Shown here piece after piece: positions 10,178 to 19,986 of a stretch of DNA of 64,000 nucleotides. Where the stretch lies: the IMG/VR virus record IMGVR_UViG_3300008050_000020; one strand, 5' to 3'. Positions within the stretch are counted from its first letter, which is position 1; every line of letters starts with the position of its first letter. The notes below the pieces were generated by a model that worked only from the letters and a program-made list of their open reading frames with translations, was not told the origin of the DNA and ran no database searches. This stretch comes from an uncultured virus (IMG/VR IMGVR_UViG_3300008050_000020) (Duplodnaviria; Heunggongvirae; Uroviricota; Caudoviricetes). The position numbers and the translations under genes were made by a program.

Positions 10178-10426
10178 ATGTCTCAGACCCCACTTACTCT
10201 CTCGGATGAAGCTATCGGCCAGGTGGCTCGGCTTCTGCAGCTTGCAATGCTGTCCGGCACCGACGTCATCGATCACATGCGAATGCTTCAGTTCGCCGAT
10301 GACGGTCATTCAAATCTCGTCATGACTGATGACTACAAGGAGATGTTCGAGCAGCAGCTTGCCACAATGGAAGCCCGACTCACCGAAGCTCTCCAGGCAT
10401 CTCTGCCCGTCGCTCCGGAAGCTTAA
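10178..10426 (+). CDS. Hypothetical protein
   Basis: GGAGG RBS; coupled to next gene. Confidence 0.65.
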   Translation: MSQTPLTLSDEAIGQVARLLQLAMLSGTDVIDHMRMLQFADDGHSNLVMTDDYKEMFEQQLATMEARLTEALQASLPVAPEA

Positions 10427-10788
10427 TGACCGATCGACTCCAGGAAATGTTCCAGCTTCGCAAAGAGTTTATGCGTGCCCTCGAGGGTCAGGACTCTGAG
10501 CTTGCACTGGACATGTCACAAAGGGAGAGTCAGCGTCATCTTCGCGACGTCTCCTTACGTGGAGTCGAGGAAGTCTTTGAAGCTTTGCAGCACCTGAAGA
10601 ACTGGAAGCCTCATCGCAAGACGGATCTTCCAGATTTCAATCGTGAAGAGTTCCTGGAGGAGTATGTTGACGCATTCAACTATTTCTTCGCGGTTCTCAT
10701 CAAGGCGGGATTCACTGCAGACGACCTTCACGCGATGTATGTCCACAAGGATCGGGTAATTCACGAGCGCCTGCAGAACGGCTATTGA
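10426..10788 (+). CDS. All-alpha (dimeric) dUTPase / NTP-PPase-like protein
   Basis: EEVFEAL..LKNWKPH and EEFLEEYVDAFNYF acidic helical motifs. Confidence 0.72.
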   Translation: MTDRLQEMFQLRKEFMRALEGQDSELALDMSQRESQRHLRDVSLRGVEEVFEALQHLKNWKPHRKTDLPDFNREEFLEEYVDAFNYFFAVLIKAGFTADDLHAMYVHKDRVIHERLQNGY

Positions 10789-11072
10789 TGTCGGATCTCA
10801 AGGATTATCGGACAGCAGAAGAAATTTCTCGTGAAGATGAGCTCATTGAGATGATAGCTCTCAAATCAGGCATTGACAAGAGCCGACTGGAAGTTGGGCC
10901 GTCATACCTCGATCCCAACGAGTGGCATGTTGATCGTCGCCTAAGGCTTGATAAACGAAAGATCAAAGCTCGCTGGTGGAGGCCAAATTCTCTGACCAAC
11001 GAAGATGCCATTGACGAATTCGTAAAAGATCTCCTTGAAGAGGTTGCTTGGCGTGAAGAATCAGTCTTGTAA
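10788..11072 (+). CDS. Hypothetical protein
   Basis: Translationally coupled ORF. Confidence 0.5.
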   Translation: MSDLKDYRTAEEISREDELIEMIALKSGIDKSRLEVGPSYLDPNEWHVDRRLRLDKRKIKARWWRPNSLTNEDAIDEFVKDLLEEVAWREESVL

Positions 11073-11114
11073 AAGCAGCTCTGTAGGCAGTAGAGTTACG
11101 CCAAAGGAGGCTGA

Positions 11115-12041
11115 ATGAGTAATGATCTTCAGCGAATGTTTGCGGCACAGTCCGACTTCAACAACAATTTTTTCGACAATGCTGAGCTCACCCAAGAAGA
11201 GCGTGAGCGGCTGACGATGGTTTTTGCTGCCTCTCTCCAGAAGGAAGTAGGAAGCTTGCTGGACGGAGTCAACTTCCGACAGCACCGACTTATCGACAAG
11301 AAGCCCGTCCTTAGCACTATTCTGCATGAAGGCGTCGATGCCTGGCGATACGTGCTGGCGATCATGAACTTGTGGGGCATCACACCAGAAGAGTTTGGTG
11401 AAGCTTTCGATGACAGAGATTTGTTTCTTCGAATGCGTCACGAGAAGGAGTCAGTAGCCTGGGACGGCCGACCTGTTTTGATTGTAGATCTGGACGATGT
11501 CGTCACACCTTTTCGACATGACTGCACTGAATGGGTGAAGGCTCATCACGCTGATGCAGTTGACGAAACGTCGACAGCGTACTACAGCATTCCAGCGCAT
11601 CTCTACGATGAGTACATCAAGGATCGCATGCTCAAGGTGCAAGGCGTTATCCCTGAGTACATTAAGGCTGTCAATGAGCTCCGAGAGATGGGCCTCTGGA
11701 TCCACCTCCTGACTGCTCGGCCCAAGGAGAATTTGACTGTCAAGTACGACACCTACGCATGGCTGAAGTCGTCAGGTCTTCAGTTTGATCGTGTGTCGTT
11801 TAGTCCCGAGAAGTACCTCTGGGTCGCTGGAACAGATTACTTCAAGCAGCGAGCCGTTGTTGCAGCTGTTGACGATTCTCCTAAGCATGCGATGGAGTAC
11901 GCGACTCACGGCCTCAAGTGCATCGTCCCAGGCACACCTTACAACGAAGACATCAGCACTCACCGAAACATTCTTCGTTGCGATGATGCAGAAGCTTTCA
12001 AGAGTCGAATTGAAGAACTTCTCGTTCGAGCACAGTTCTAA
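11115..12041 (+). CDS. dUTPase/MazG-like N-domain fused to HAD 5'(3')-nucleotidase-like domain
   Basis: N-terminal KEVGSL..HEGVDAWRY; C-terminal IVDLDDVV, LLTARP, VDDSPKH motifs. Confidence 0.72.
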   Translation: MSNDLQRMFAAQSDFNNNFFDNAELTQEERERLTMVFAASLQKEVGSLLDGVNFRQHRLIDKKPVLSTILHEGVDAWRYVLAIMNLWGITPEEFGEAFDDRDLFLRMRHEKESVAWDGRPVLIVDLDDVVTPFRHDCTEWVKAHHADAVDETSTAYYSIPAHLYDEYIKDRMLKVQGVIPEYIKAVNELREMGLWIHLLTARPKENLTVKYDTYAWLKSSGLQFDRVSFSPEKYLWVAGTDYFKQRAVVAAVDDSPKHAMEYATHGLKCIVPGTPYNEDISTHRNILRCDDAEAFKSRIEELLVRAQF

Positions 12042-12241
12042 TGAAATACGGTGTTTGGGTTGTTGATCTAGAGCCGTACTGGCTTGTCCGAGGAGCTGAG
12101 GGTGTCTCTCTCGTAGAGGCTATCAACTGCTTGAAGAGGCACAAAGAAAAGTGGCCAAATGACGAATGCATTGTCTACAATATTGTCAATGGTAGTTCAA
12201 CAGTTCCGTTAAATTTGAACACCTGCGCTCCTGCGCCTTAG
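12041..12241 (+). CDS. Hypothetical protein
   Basis: TAATG-coupled short ORF. Confidence 0.45.
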   Translation: MKYGVWVVDLEPYWLVRGAEGVSLVEAINCLKRHKEKWPNDECIVYNIVNGSSTVPLNLNTCAPAP

Positions 12242-12262
12242 ATTTCACTGGTAGAGGAATAC

Positions 12263-13252
12263 ATGCCACAGAATAATGACCTGGAACCGGTCACTTTTCC
12301 CATGGAGCTTCGTTTCAACGAGGCGCCAACCACAAGCTTCAAGAATGATCTGGAGGCCATCAACGTTGAGTTGCTAGACTTCCCTGATCCGGAACGAGCT
12401 CGTCGGATGGTTTATCAGTTCATCAACGCTACATGGGAAGATAAGCCAGGGCTTCATGATCCTGACGATGTTCCTGAGTGGAAGTGGTACGAAGCCCTCG
12501 AGCTGGCTCTGAACTTCAAGGCGCTTCCAACAGTCATGGAGACTTTGGACTTCACTTTCCGAATTGAGGGCATCGACCTCCAGGCTGTTACGCACCTGAT
12601 TCGACACCGGACCTTCTCTTTTAGTGCGCAATGCACTGGAGACCGTTGGCAGACGCATTCGAATGCCGTTGTCCCAGGGCCCGTCCAGAACAGCCCTGCG
12701 CTTTACGCGCGGTGGAAGAAGCATGTCGAGGATGCTAAGCAGCTCTACTGCGACATGATCGACACGCGCAAGATTTCCATCATGGATGCTCGGACGATTC
12801 TTCCGCGAGCCATCGAGACTCACTACTACGCTCGATGCAATCTCAAGGACATGCTCAACTTCCTTCGCCAGCGCTTTGACAAGCAGATTCAGCCTACGAC
12901 TGATAACGTCATTGCCTATCAGATGTTCCTAGCAGTTGCACGTCTCTTCCCTGAGATTGTGACTTGTATCAATCCCCATGCAGCATCTCGCCACTATGTT
13001 GCGACTGCACGGACGGGCAAGGCTACAAATCTCTACTGGCCCGATGCTGACAGCGACAAGTTCGAGTGGAACTCGGCGGATTTCATCTATCAGTGTGAGC
13101 GTGATGAGGTCAACGGAACAGATCCCGTCCTCGGTGCCCGAGAGAACTTCAAGTTCACTGAGCTGATGGAGAAGTACGATGCTGAGGTCACCGAAATCCG
13201 AGACAGTTACAACGGGTTCAAGGAGACCTCAGGCTGGACTGAGTCCAGCTGA
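12263..13252 (+). CDS. Divergent ThyX-like flavin-dependent enzyme
   Basis: FTFRIEGI..VTHLIRHRTFSFSAQC and DARTILP motifs; Cys at the position of the RHRx7S serine. Confidence 0.75.
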   Translation: MPQNNDLEPVTFPMELRFNEAPTTSFKNDLEAINVELLDFPDPERARRMVYQFINATWEDKPGLHDPDDVPEWKWYEALELALNFKALPTVMETLDFTFRIEGIDLQAVTHLIRHRTFSFSAQCTGDRWQTHSNAVVPGPVQNSPALYARWKKHVEDAKQLYCDMIDTRKISIMDARTILPRAIETHYYARCNLKDMLNFLRQRFDKQIQPTTDNVIAYQMFLAVARLFPEIVTCINPHAASRHYVATARTGKATNLYWPDADSDKFEWNSADFIYQCERDEVNGTDPVLGARENFKFTELMEKYDAEVTEIRDSYNGFKETSGWTESS

Positions 13253-13355
13253 GGCTTGGGACCCTGCGTTTTGCAAGCGGCATGACGAATGCTGGTGCCA
13301 GTCTTGCAAGTACACTGAGAAGTCACCGAAGAATTCGCCCTGATAGTTAGTCTGG

Positions 13356-14060
13356 ATGGGTGATCTCTACGCAGGTTTTAAGGTACACGATCAGCTCGAG
13401 CCTCGTGTTTGGGCCGATGGTGATATGCGCCCCGAAGTCAAGAAGCGACTCCTCAAGATTGCAGAGGAATTCCTTGATTCGATGGACGTCGATGTTTCCT
13501 GGGAGGACGTGATCCTTGTGGGAAGCATGGCCAACTTCAACTATTCTAGATTCAGCGACATCGATGTTCACATCATCGTTGACTTTGAGAAGATCAATGA
13601 CGACAAAGGCTTCGTTGAAGAGTTTATGGATGCCAAGAAGGTAATCTGGAATGACGAGCATCAAATTGTCGTCCGTGGTCATGAAGTCGAGATGTACGTG
13701 CAAGACATTGACGAAGAAGTCGAGTCCAGCGGCGTCTATAGCATTCTCAATGGAGAGTGGATCAAAGAACCAGATCAGACTAAGCCTGACTTTGATCTAA
13801 GCCTTGTTCGAAAGAAGGCACAGTGGATGATGGACCTCATCGATGACGCGATGGAGTCCTCTCAGCGGGAACACGAACTAGAGCGTCTCCTCGACAAGCT
13901 CAAGGCCATGCGAAAGCGAGGTCTTCAGGATGAGGGAGAATTCAGCGAAGAGAATCTAGCCTACAAGGTGCTCCGGCGAAGTGGTCACCTTCAGCGGATC
14001 TTCGATACACGCTCTGCTGACTTTGACAAGTCCCTGAGTCTCGAAAGCGCTTTGCGGTGA
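13356..14060 (+). CDS. Pol-beta-superfamily nucleotidyltransferase
   Basis: GSMANFNYSRFSDIDVH (GS..DxD) and VEMYVQD motifs. Confidence 0.78.
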   Translation: MGDLYAGFKVHDQLEPRVWADGDMRPEVKKRLLKIAEEFLDSMDVDVSWEDVILVGSMANFNYSRFSDIDVHIIVDFEKINDDKGFVEEFMDAKKVIWNDEHQIVVRGHEVEMYVQDIDEEVESSGVYSILNGEWIKEPDQTKPDFDLSLVRKKAQWMMDLIDDAMESSQREHELERLLDKLKAMRKRGLQDEGEFSEENLAYKVLRRSGHLQRIFDTRSADFDKSLSLESALR

Positions 14061-14109
14061 ACATCTTCGCCCGCCAGGGTAAGATAGCTTCACAAGCACT
14101 GGAGCGCAT

Positions 14110-14580
14110 GTGAAGACTTATGTAGCAAGTGGATGGTTCAGCCCCGAGTGGGATGCTGAATTGACACAGATTCGAGACGTCGTTGTAGCCAACGGTATTG
14201 AGGCTTTTGTGCCTCGTGACTTCTTCATCTGTCCGCCTGGCGCGTCGAAGGAAGTCCAGGACGCAACCTACGACGGAAATCTTGAACATCTCAAGACCTG
14301 TGATTTTTTGCTCGCGAATACGCGCAACAAGGACATGGGAACTATCTTCGAGTGTGGCTACTTCCGAGCTTGGAATGATGCCCTCGAACTTCTCGGTCTT
14401 CCTTCCAAGCCCATCGTCTACTACTGCGGTGGTCTTCCTGCTGGCGCCAAGTTCAACCTGATGCTCTCTCGAAGCGGCATTAAGGTATGCACCTCTCTTG
14501 AGGATCTGAACGATTACCTGAGTCGCTGTGTCGCCGCGGGTGAGATGCTTGTGGAAGAGTACGGTGGAAACATCGAGTGA
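14110..14580 (+). CDS. Nucleoside 2-deoxyribosyltransferase / nucleotide N-hydrolase family protein
   Basis: TYVASGWFS, FVPRD, DMGTIFECGY, FNLML motifs. Confidence 0.8.
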   Translation: MKTYVASGWFSPEWDAELTQIRDVVVANGIEAFVPRDFFICPPGASKEVQDATYDGNLEHLKTCDFLLANTRNKDMGTIFECGYFRAWNDALELLGLPSKPIVYYCGGLPAGAKFNLMLSRSGIKVCTSLEDLNDYLSRCVAAGEMLVEEYGGNIE

Positions 14581-14581
14581 A

Positions 14582-14845
14582 GTGAAGTACTCTCTTGAGT
14601 ATTTCCAAACTGACAAATGGCAAGACGAGTTAGCCGAGGCTCGTCGCAAGTATCGAGAAGCCATTGAGGCTGAGGCTGCTCTCAAGGCTGTTATCGAATC
14701 TGGCGACGTTCCTTACTATGTCGAGCTTGAGCTCGAAGATCGCTGTCGTGAAACACGAAAATGTAGCAGCTACCTGGATGCCTTGACTGAGCTTCCTGAA
14801 AGCGGCACGCCACTTATCATCTGGATGGATAAGTGGCAATCGTAA
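14582..14845 (+). CDS. Hypothetical protein
   Basis: ORF in gene string. Confidence 0.45.
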   Translation: MKYSLEYFQTDKWQDELAEARRKYREAIEAEAALKAVIESGDVPYYVELELEDRCRETRKCSSYLDALTELPESGTPLIIWMDKWQS

Positions 14846-14882
14846 ACAAGATTCGAATAGTGACTACCTCGAAGGATTCCTG

Positions 14883-15617
14883 ATGAGTGATCTGACTTTC
14901 GACCGCTTCCAAGAGATTCAGCAGGAATGGGCTGACGAGAACTTTGGCGAACAGCCTGCTGATTACGCACTGTTTGGGCTTACTGAAGAGCTCGGCGAGC
15001 TTTCTCGTGCACACCTCAAGGGACTCCAGGGAATCCGCGGTGGTGAAGAGAAGTGGGAGGCTGAAGCTCGCAAGGAGATTGGCGACATTGCTACGTTTTT
15101 GGCACAGTATGCGTCAGCCCGAGGCTGGAGTCTGGGTTCTTGTGTCGAAGAATCGTGGAAGATTACTAGCGACCGCAACTGGCAGGACTTCCCGGAAAAG
15201 GGAGCACCTGATCCTAACGCTGAAGTGAGCAATACGAACGCACTTAAGATGACGGGCTCTGAGGCATCAGTGCCATTGCCTACTTTGATCAGCACATCTG
15301 ACGCTGAGACACCCAAGACTCGAAAGAAGCGAAAGCCCAAGAAGCACAAGTATGCGGTTGATCCAGACAAGCAGAAGAATCTTGCGTTTCTCTTTCCTGG
15401 TAAGTGGGCTTCCGATCTTCCCAAGCCTGAGCAGCTTTCTGAGGGCACTGTCAAGATGATCAACGCTGCTGTTGCTGAGGCAAAGAAGGTAGATAAGCAA
15501 AAGGACTTGGGGGCACTGAGTGTGGTTCTTAACGTCCTGGGCAAGGCCATCGACGGAACGCTTATCATTGACAATCCTCCTACAGTCGATGAGCTCGACG
15601 CGGACGGTGAAGAGTGA
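14883..15617 (+). CDS. MazG-like nucleotide pyrophosphohydrolase with C-terminal extension
   Basis: LTEELGEL and RKEIGD motifs. Confidence 0.75.
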   Translation: MSDLTFDRFQEIQQEWADENFGEQPADYALFGLTEELGELSRAHLKGLQGIRGGEEKWEAEARKEIGDIATFLAQYASARGWSLGSCVEESWKITSDRNWQDFPEKGAPDPNAEVSNTNALKMTGSEASVPLPTLISTSDAETPKTRKKRKPKKHKYAVDPDKQKNLAFLFPGKWASDLPKPEQLSEGTVKMINAAVAEAKKVDKQKDLGALSVVLNVLGKAIDGTLIIDNPPTVDELDADGEE

Positions 15618-16684
15618 GATTTCTGATCACAGGCGAACAGGGTTTCATTGGACGAAACCTCGCACGTGTCATTCAAGAGATGGGACATGAGTTTGTCCCG
15701 ATTTGCACCTCTACAGATAATCCCAATCTCGAAGTTGTTCGACAGCATCTTCGTCGGTATCATCTACAGCCTGGAGAGCGTCCTGTCCCGTGCGTTCACC
15801 GGAATTCCAGCGAGGAGTGGTCTCAGCTGCTCGAGGCTCTCGATATTGACGTCGTGGTTCACAATGCCGCGGTGGTCGGAACCGATGTTGTAGGTCTCAA
15901 TCTTGACGAGGCAACGCTCACCAACGTGTTGGGAACCCGAAACATTGTTGAAGCTGTCAATGCAGCAGGAATTCCTGTTTGTTATCTGGGAACTTCAGTC
16001 ATCTATGACGTTGGCAGGTATCAGGAAGTAGCCATTGTCGAAGACGATGATCGCAAGCCTCCCACGTATTACGGTGCCCTTAAGTTGGCCGGCGAGCAGA
16101 TCGTACAGTCAGCCGCAAACCGATGGAATGTTCTCCGGCCCCTTTTCGCTTACGGCGGCGACGGCGACATGAACTCGCTTATTGCGAAGACATTTTACGC
16201 TCATCTGACTGGTCGAGAGTCACTGGACATGTTCCTGAACCCTGACAAGATCAAAGACTACATCTACGTTGATGACTTCTGTCGAGCTATCGTCATTTCT
16301 TGCGTCGATGGTCACTGGGGTACTGATTTCAATGTGGCAGCCGAAACTCCCGTGCCAGTAAATCAAATCGTCGAAGTGATGGAAGACGTCCTCACAGATG
16401 CGGGTCTTCTACCCGTCGACGTCCTGGGCCCAAACGGCCTTAGCCAGATGTTACAGTGGAAGCCTGAGACTGACTATCTGGGGAATCACAGAATGACGTC
16501 TCGGAAGTTCACAGAAGCATCTGGATGGTCACCAGAAGTCAACATGTATGAAGGCCTGGAGCGAGTTCTGAAAAGTATCCAGACAGCTGTAGCGACTTCC
16601 AATCGTTACAATCCGCTCCGATTCCTTGATCAAGCTGAGCGGGATGGTGTTGACCTCGAAGGGTTCTTTCCTGACAAGGTGTGA
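15614..16684 (+). CDS. NAD-dependent NDP-sugar epimerase/dehydratase
   Basis: LITGEQGFIG, HNAA, YGALK, DYIYVDD motifs. Confidence 0.88.
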   Translation: MRFLITGEQGFIGRNLARVIQEMGHEFVPICTSTDNPNLEVVRQHLRRYHLQPGERPVPCVHRNSSEEWSQLLEALDIDVVVHNAAVVGTDVVGLNLDEATLTNVLGTRNIVEAVNAAGIPVCYLGTSVIYDVGRYQEVAIVEDDDRKPPTYYGALKLAGEQIVQSAANRWNVLRPLFAYGGDGDMNSLIAKTFYAHLTGRESLDMFLNPDKIKDYIYVDDFCRAIVISCVDGHWGTDFNVAAETPVPVNQIVEVMEDVLTDAGLLPVDVLGPNGLSQMLQWKPETDYLGNHRMTSRKFTEASGWSPEVNMYEGLERVLKSIQTAVATSNRYNPLRFLDQAERDGVDLEGFFPDKV

Positions 16685-16690
16685 TACTTA
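16683..16690 (+). promoter_or_regulatory. Putative phage late-promoter motif GATACTTA
   Basis: Identical 8-mer upstream of genes at 43029, 46165, 54475; variants listed in findings. Confidence 0.55.
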
Positions 16691-16714
16691 CGATCACGTA
16701 ATCGTGAGGTCGCC

Positions 16715-16930
16715 ATGAAGCTTACCCGAAAAGCTCTTAAGAAGCTCATCCTTGAAGAGATTGATGCTGTAAGTTCGACACAGTCAGATGGTGTCGAAGA
16801 GTTTAAGCAGATGCTTGAGGCTCACTGTCCCGGTGCATGGGAACAAGTGAGTGAGCATCAGTTCTTCGTCTCGTCTGGTGAAGAGGGAGATCCAGGGCTA
16901 ACACTTCGGGTCATGAGGGCTGGTCGGTGA
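16715..16930 (+). CDS. Small protein with N-terminal MKLTRKALKKLILEE tag
   Basis: Shared tag; GATACTTA upstream. Confidence 0.65.
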   Translation: MKLTRKALKKLILEEIDAVSSTQSDGVEEFKQMLEAHCPGAWEQVSEHQFFVSSGEEGDPGLTLRVMRAGR

Positions 16931-17910
16931 AGATCACAAAGAACACGATTCAGAAGATCATCAAGGAAGAGTTGACACGAGCTTTGAAAGTGCGTGCGAC
17001 ACTTAATGAATCTGAGGTCGATGCATTTGAGCTTGGGTACGAGGATGCTACATCCGGTGTTCCCCCGCAGGGCGACAGTCAAGAGTACTACGACGGCTAC
17101 AATGATTCTCGGTTGACGATGGGAGAGCCTCCTGTTCCGTTTAAGCCTGAGCCTGCTGGTCCTGCTAAGCGTCTTGATCCCGATCTTTTGCAGTTCGCAA
17201 GGGCATACCCAAAGAGAAAGATGGGTGAGGCCAACGAATCGGGCCAGCGTGATCTTAGCAGCTATGAGTATGCTGGGTACATGTCAGTCCTTCGCCCTGA
17301 TCAATTCGGCGGCGCTGTGCCAAGGCGGGGAACTCCTGAGTACGATGCTTTCATGAAGGGCTGGGACGCCGCCAAGGCCGATCAGCAGAACAACCTTGAA
17401 GAAGATGATGGAGCTCTCGACGGCGCCGCCTTTGATGGCTGGACTGACGATCAGGCACAGCGAACATACCGAAGCATGGGTGGTGACTTCGACAAGGTGG
17501 TGGACAAGGCAGACGATTTTGCTGACGACCCGCATGCTTATGCCGCCACTCTCCAGAAGAAGGCAACGGGAAAGTGGCCGACTGAAGAAGCTGATGACTT
17601 TGGTGAAATGCCCGAACTCTCAGAAGAGGATGAGGCAGAGCCTCGTCACTTGCAACTCGTGCCCGATGAGCCGCAGGAGTCAGAGTCTGTTACCGCGCAG
17701 CTTAGTGGTGATCCTGACGGCGACATGGAGGGTTACGAGTCTCCTGAAGAACTGGCCTCTCTCTACGCTGACTTTGAAGAAGAAGGTCTGACGCCGGGCG
17801 AAGAAGCAGAAGACGCAGCACGCTATCAAGATAACTGGCGTGAGTTCACTCGACAGGGCAAGCACCTAAGTGTTGTCGAACAGCGCCTCCTCCGCTTCTT
17901 CCAGAGCTGA
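16927..17910 (+). CDS. Acidic protein with N-terminal MKITKNTIQKIIKEE tag
   Basis: Shared tag; several LxE sites. Confidence 0.7.
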   Translation: MKITKNTIQKIIKEELTRALKVRATLNESEVDAFELGYEDATSGVPPQGDSQEYYDGYNDSRLTMGEPPVPFKPEPAGPAKRLDPDLLQFARAYPKRKMGEANESGQRDLSSYEYAGYMSVLRPDQFGGAVPRRGTPEYDAFMKGWDAAKADQQNNLEEDDGALDGAAFDGWTDDQAQRTYRSMGGDFDKVVDKADDFADDPHAYAATLQKKATGKWPTEEADDFGEMPELSEEDEAEPRHLQLVPDEPQESESVTAQLSGDPDGDMEGYESPEELASLYADFEEEGLTPGEEAEDAARYQDNWREFTRQGKHLSVVEQRLLRFFQS

Positions 17911-18458
17911 TGGAGAAGATCGGGGCAGGCACATTCAGAATTGTCTATGCCTATCCTAGTGATCCTGAGAGCTTAGCAGTTAAGGTGCCAAGAGCCGAAG
18001 TCCGACGACACGGCCGCACAATGAACAGCGAAGAGATCAAGTCTCATCGTTTGTTTCCGGAGATCTTTCCCCGGACGCATAATGACAACTTAGATCAGTT
18101 GGTTGTCGACAGAGCTGACATTATCGCCACTCCCGATGATTTGATGCGAGCTGTTCCAGAGCTCACACGTCTTAGCACTATGCAGACACAGGGCTCTATC
18201 TGGGATCTCTTTCGAGCACTTATTGGTGTAGCCTTGAACCGCTTGAGCCCCGGGGACGTAGAGCAAGAATTTGGTATTCCCGGTCGATTGACAAAGTCTG
18301 TAGTTAAAAAGTCACGTCTTCTGAGCACAATAGCGTCAGCTGTTGACACTCTTAATATCGACGTAACTGATATTGACCGAGGTAACATCGGCGTATCCAG
18401 AAGTACAAAAAAGTTTGTTCTGGTTGATGCTAGTACGCTGGCTGGTTTTTCGGGCTAG
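17910..18458 (+). CDS. Minimal protein-kinase-like fold protein
   Basis: IGAGTFRIVY (Gly loop), AVKV, DIDRGNIG (catalytic-loop-like), VLVD. Confidence 0.6.
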   Translation: MEKIGAGTFRIVYAYPSDPESLAVKVPRAEVRRHGRTMNSEEIKSHRLFPEIFPRTHNDNLDQLVVDRADIIATPDDLMRAVPELTRLSTMQTQGSIWDLFRALIGVALNRLSPGDVEQEFGIPGRLTKSVVKKSRLLSTIASAVDTLNIDVTDIDRGNIGVSRSTKKFVLVDASTLAGFSG

Positions 18459-18523
18459 AGGTTCTAAGGGTCTCGAGACACCTATGTAAGAGTGATGACC
18501 CACCTACCTGGTCAAACAACCAA

Positions 18524-18895
18524 ATGGAACTTAATCTACGCCAGAGCTGCTTCTCTCAACAGGCCTACGCCCTAGAGAGTGTCGATTTTCAACTTGCGAG
18601 AGCGATCCGCAATCTGCGGGTTCTCGCAGGTGCGCACATTGAGCTTCTAAGCATCAAGCGACCGCCCGAAGAAGACTTCGAAGACGACGTTGCTTACATT
18701 ACAGTTGATGGAGAGCTCGATACGCTCTGGCGAGACTGGTCAGACTCTCGTGAAGACGTTTTCTGGCTCGAAAATCACAATTTCTCGGGTAAAATCGTCG
18801 AAATTGCTCGATTTTTGACTCCTGAGGCCGCGGAAGAGCCCACGGGTGATGATTTTTTACCCAAAGTTGTGAAAAAGAGACCTCAAAAGAGGTAA
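18524..18895 (+). CDS. Hypothetical protein
   Basis: ORF in gene string. Confidence 0.45.
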   Translation: MELNLRQSCFSQQAYALESVDFQLARAIRNLRVLAGAHIELLSIKRPPEEDFEDDVAYITVDGELDTLWRDWSDSREDVFWLENHNFSGKIVEIARFLTPEAAEEPTGDDFLPKVVKKRPQKR

Positions 18896-18904
18896 AATGA
18901 CAGC

Positions 18905-19348
18905 ATGGCAATGATTCTCTTCCTCCACGGCCTCGAAAGCTCTCCCACCAGCTCAAAAGTCCAGTTTTTGATCAATCAGGGGCATGAAGTTGTTGCCCCG
19001 GCGCTTCCGAAGGGCTCCTGGAGTCAATCTCTTGCAATTGCGCAGTCTGCGGTTGAAAAATCGTCACCCGATGTCATCGTCGGGTCGTCTAGAGGCGGCG
19101 CAGTAGCAATGAACATCAATCGAGGGCGAGCAAAGCTCATTCTCGTCGCTCCGGCCTTCAAAAAGTACGGAAATGCTCATCAGGTCCCTTCCGGAACAGT
19201 AATTGTTCACTCTCCGAACGACGAGGTCATTCCATTCGACGATAGTGTCAAGCTTGCCATGGATTCGGGTGCAATGCTCGTCGCAGGCGGAAAATCGCAT
19301 CGAATGTCTGATTCTGAAGCTCTAGCCAAGATTAATGCTGCGATCTGA
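18905..19348 (+). CDS. Alpha/beta hydrolase (YqiA-like esterase)
   Basis: FLHGLES, VGSSRGG nucleophile elbow, DEVIP, SHRM. Confidence 0.85.
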   Translation: MAMILFLHGLESSPTSSKVQFLINQGHEVVAPALPKGSWSQSLAIAQSAVEKSSPDVIVGSSRGGAVAMNINRGRAKLILVAPAFKKYGNAHQVPSGTVIVHSPNDEVIPFDDSVKLAMDSGAMLVAGGKSHRMSDSEALAKINAAI

Positions 19349-19373
19349 GGCTATTTAAGGCTACGGAGACTAA

Positions 19374-19985
19374 ATGCTTGATCTTGTACGCCAGTTTGTG
19401 CGACGGACGCTTCTAGAGTCGGGTTTGCCGCCCAATACGCCCGTTTTGCTTGGTCGAGACGACCCGCGTCGAGCGCAGCTCCAACAGCATGTCTACGGAA
19501 TGCTCGCACAGACATACGAGCCTATCGGTGGACATTTCAAGGTCTCTTCGGAAGACGACATCCAAAAGTTTGACTTCTGGGTTGTAGAAGACGTTGACAA
19601 TGACGATCAGGCTGATCTTTTCATCACCGGGAATCAAAAGTCCGCTGGTGTCAAGGTGAGTGCATCAGGGACTGATGGAACAGCTGCAGCGAAGAAGCGG
19701 GTCAAGTCTCTAAGTGCAGATCTTCGAAAGGGACAGTCAATCGACGGTGTCGGGAATTGGTACGGCGAAGTCTCAGGAAAGCCCGCATATGCTTTGCTCT
19801 CCCGTGGAGCACCAGCAGTCAACGACGAGTCAAAAGTCCAGAAGATCTTGGGCAAGGAAATCACGTGGCATGGTGAGTATCCTCGTGACCATGCTCCTCC
19901 CATCTTCAAGAACGCGGTAGGTTGGTACAGCCGGGACATCGGCGGGCACACAGCGCTCAAGATTATGATCGGGAATCCGAAGTAG
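19374..19985 (+). CDS. Hypothetical protein with N-terminal LVRQFVRRTLLE tag
   Basis: GGAG RBS; shared tag. Confidence 0.7.
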   Translation: MLDLVRQFVRRTLLESGLPPNTPVLLGRDDPRRAQLQQHVYGMLAQTYEPIGGHFKVSSEDDIQKFDFWVVEDVDNDDQADLFITGNQKSAGVKVSASGTDGTAAAKKRVKSLSADLRKGQSIDGVGNWYGEVSGKPAYALLSRGAPAVNDESKVQKILGKEITWHGEYPRDHAPPIFKNAVGWYSRDIGGHTALKIMIGNPK

Positions 19986-19986
19986 C

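Noticed and set aside
13942..15763. Long minus-strand ORFs (13942-14685, 14963-15763; likewise 56210-57166 and 60997-61746)
   Set aside because: Antisense shadows of well-supported plus-strand genes with no recognisable motifs.
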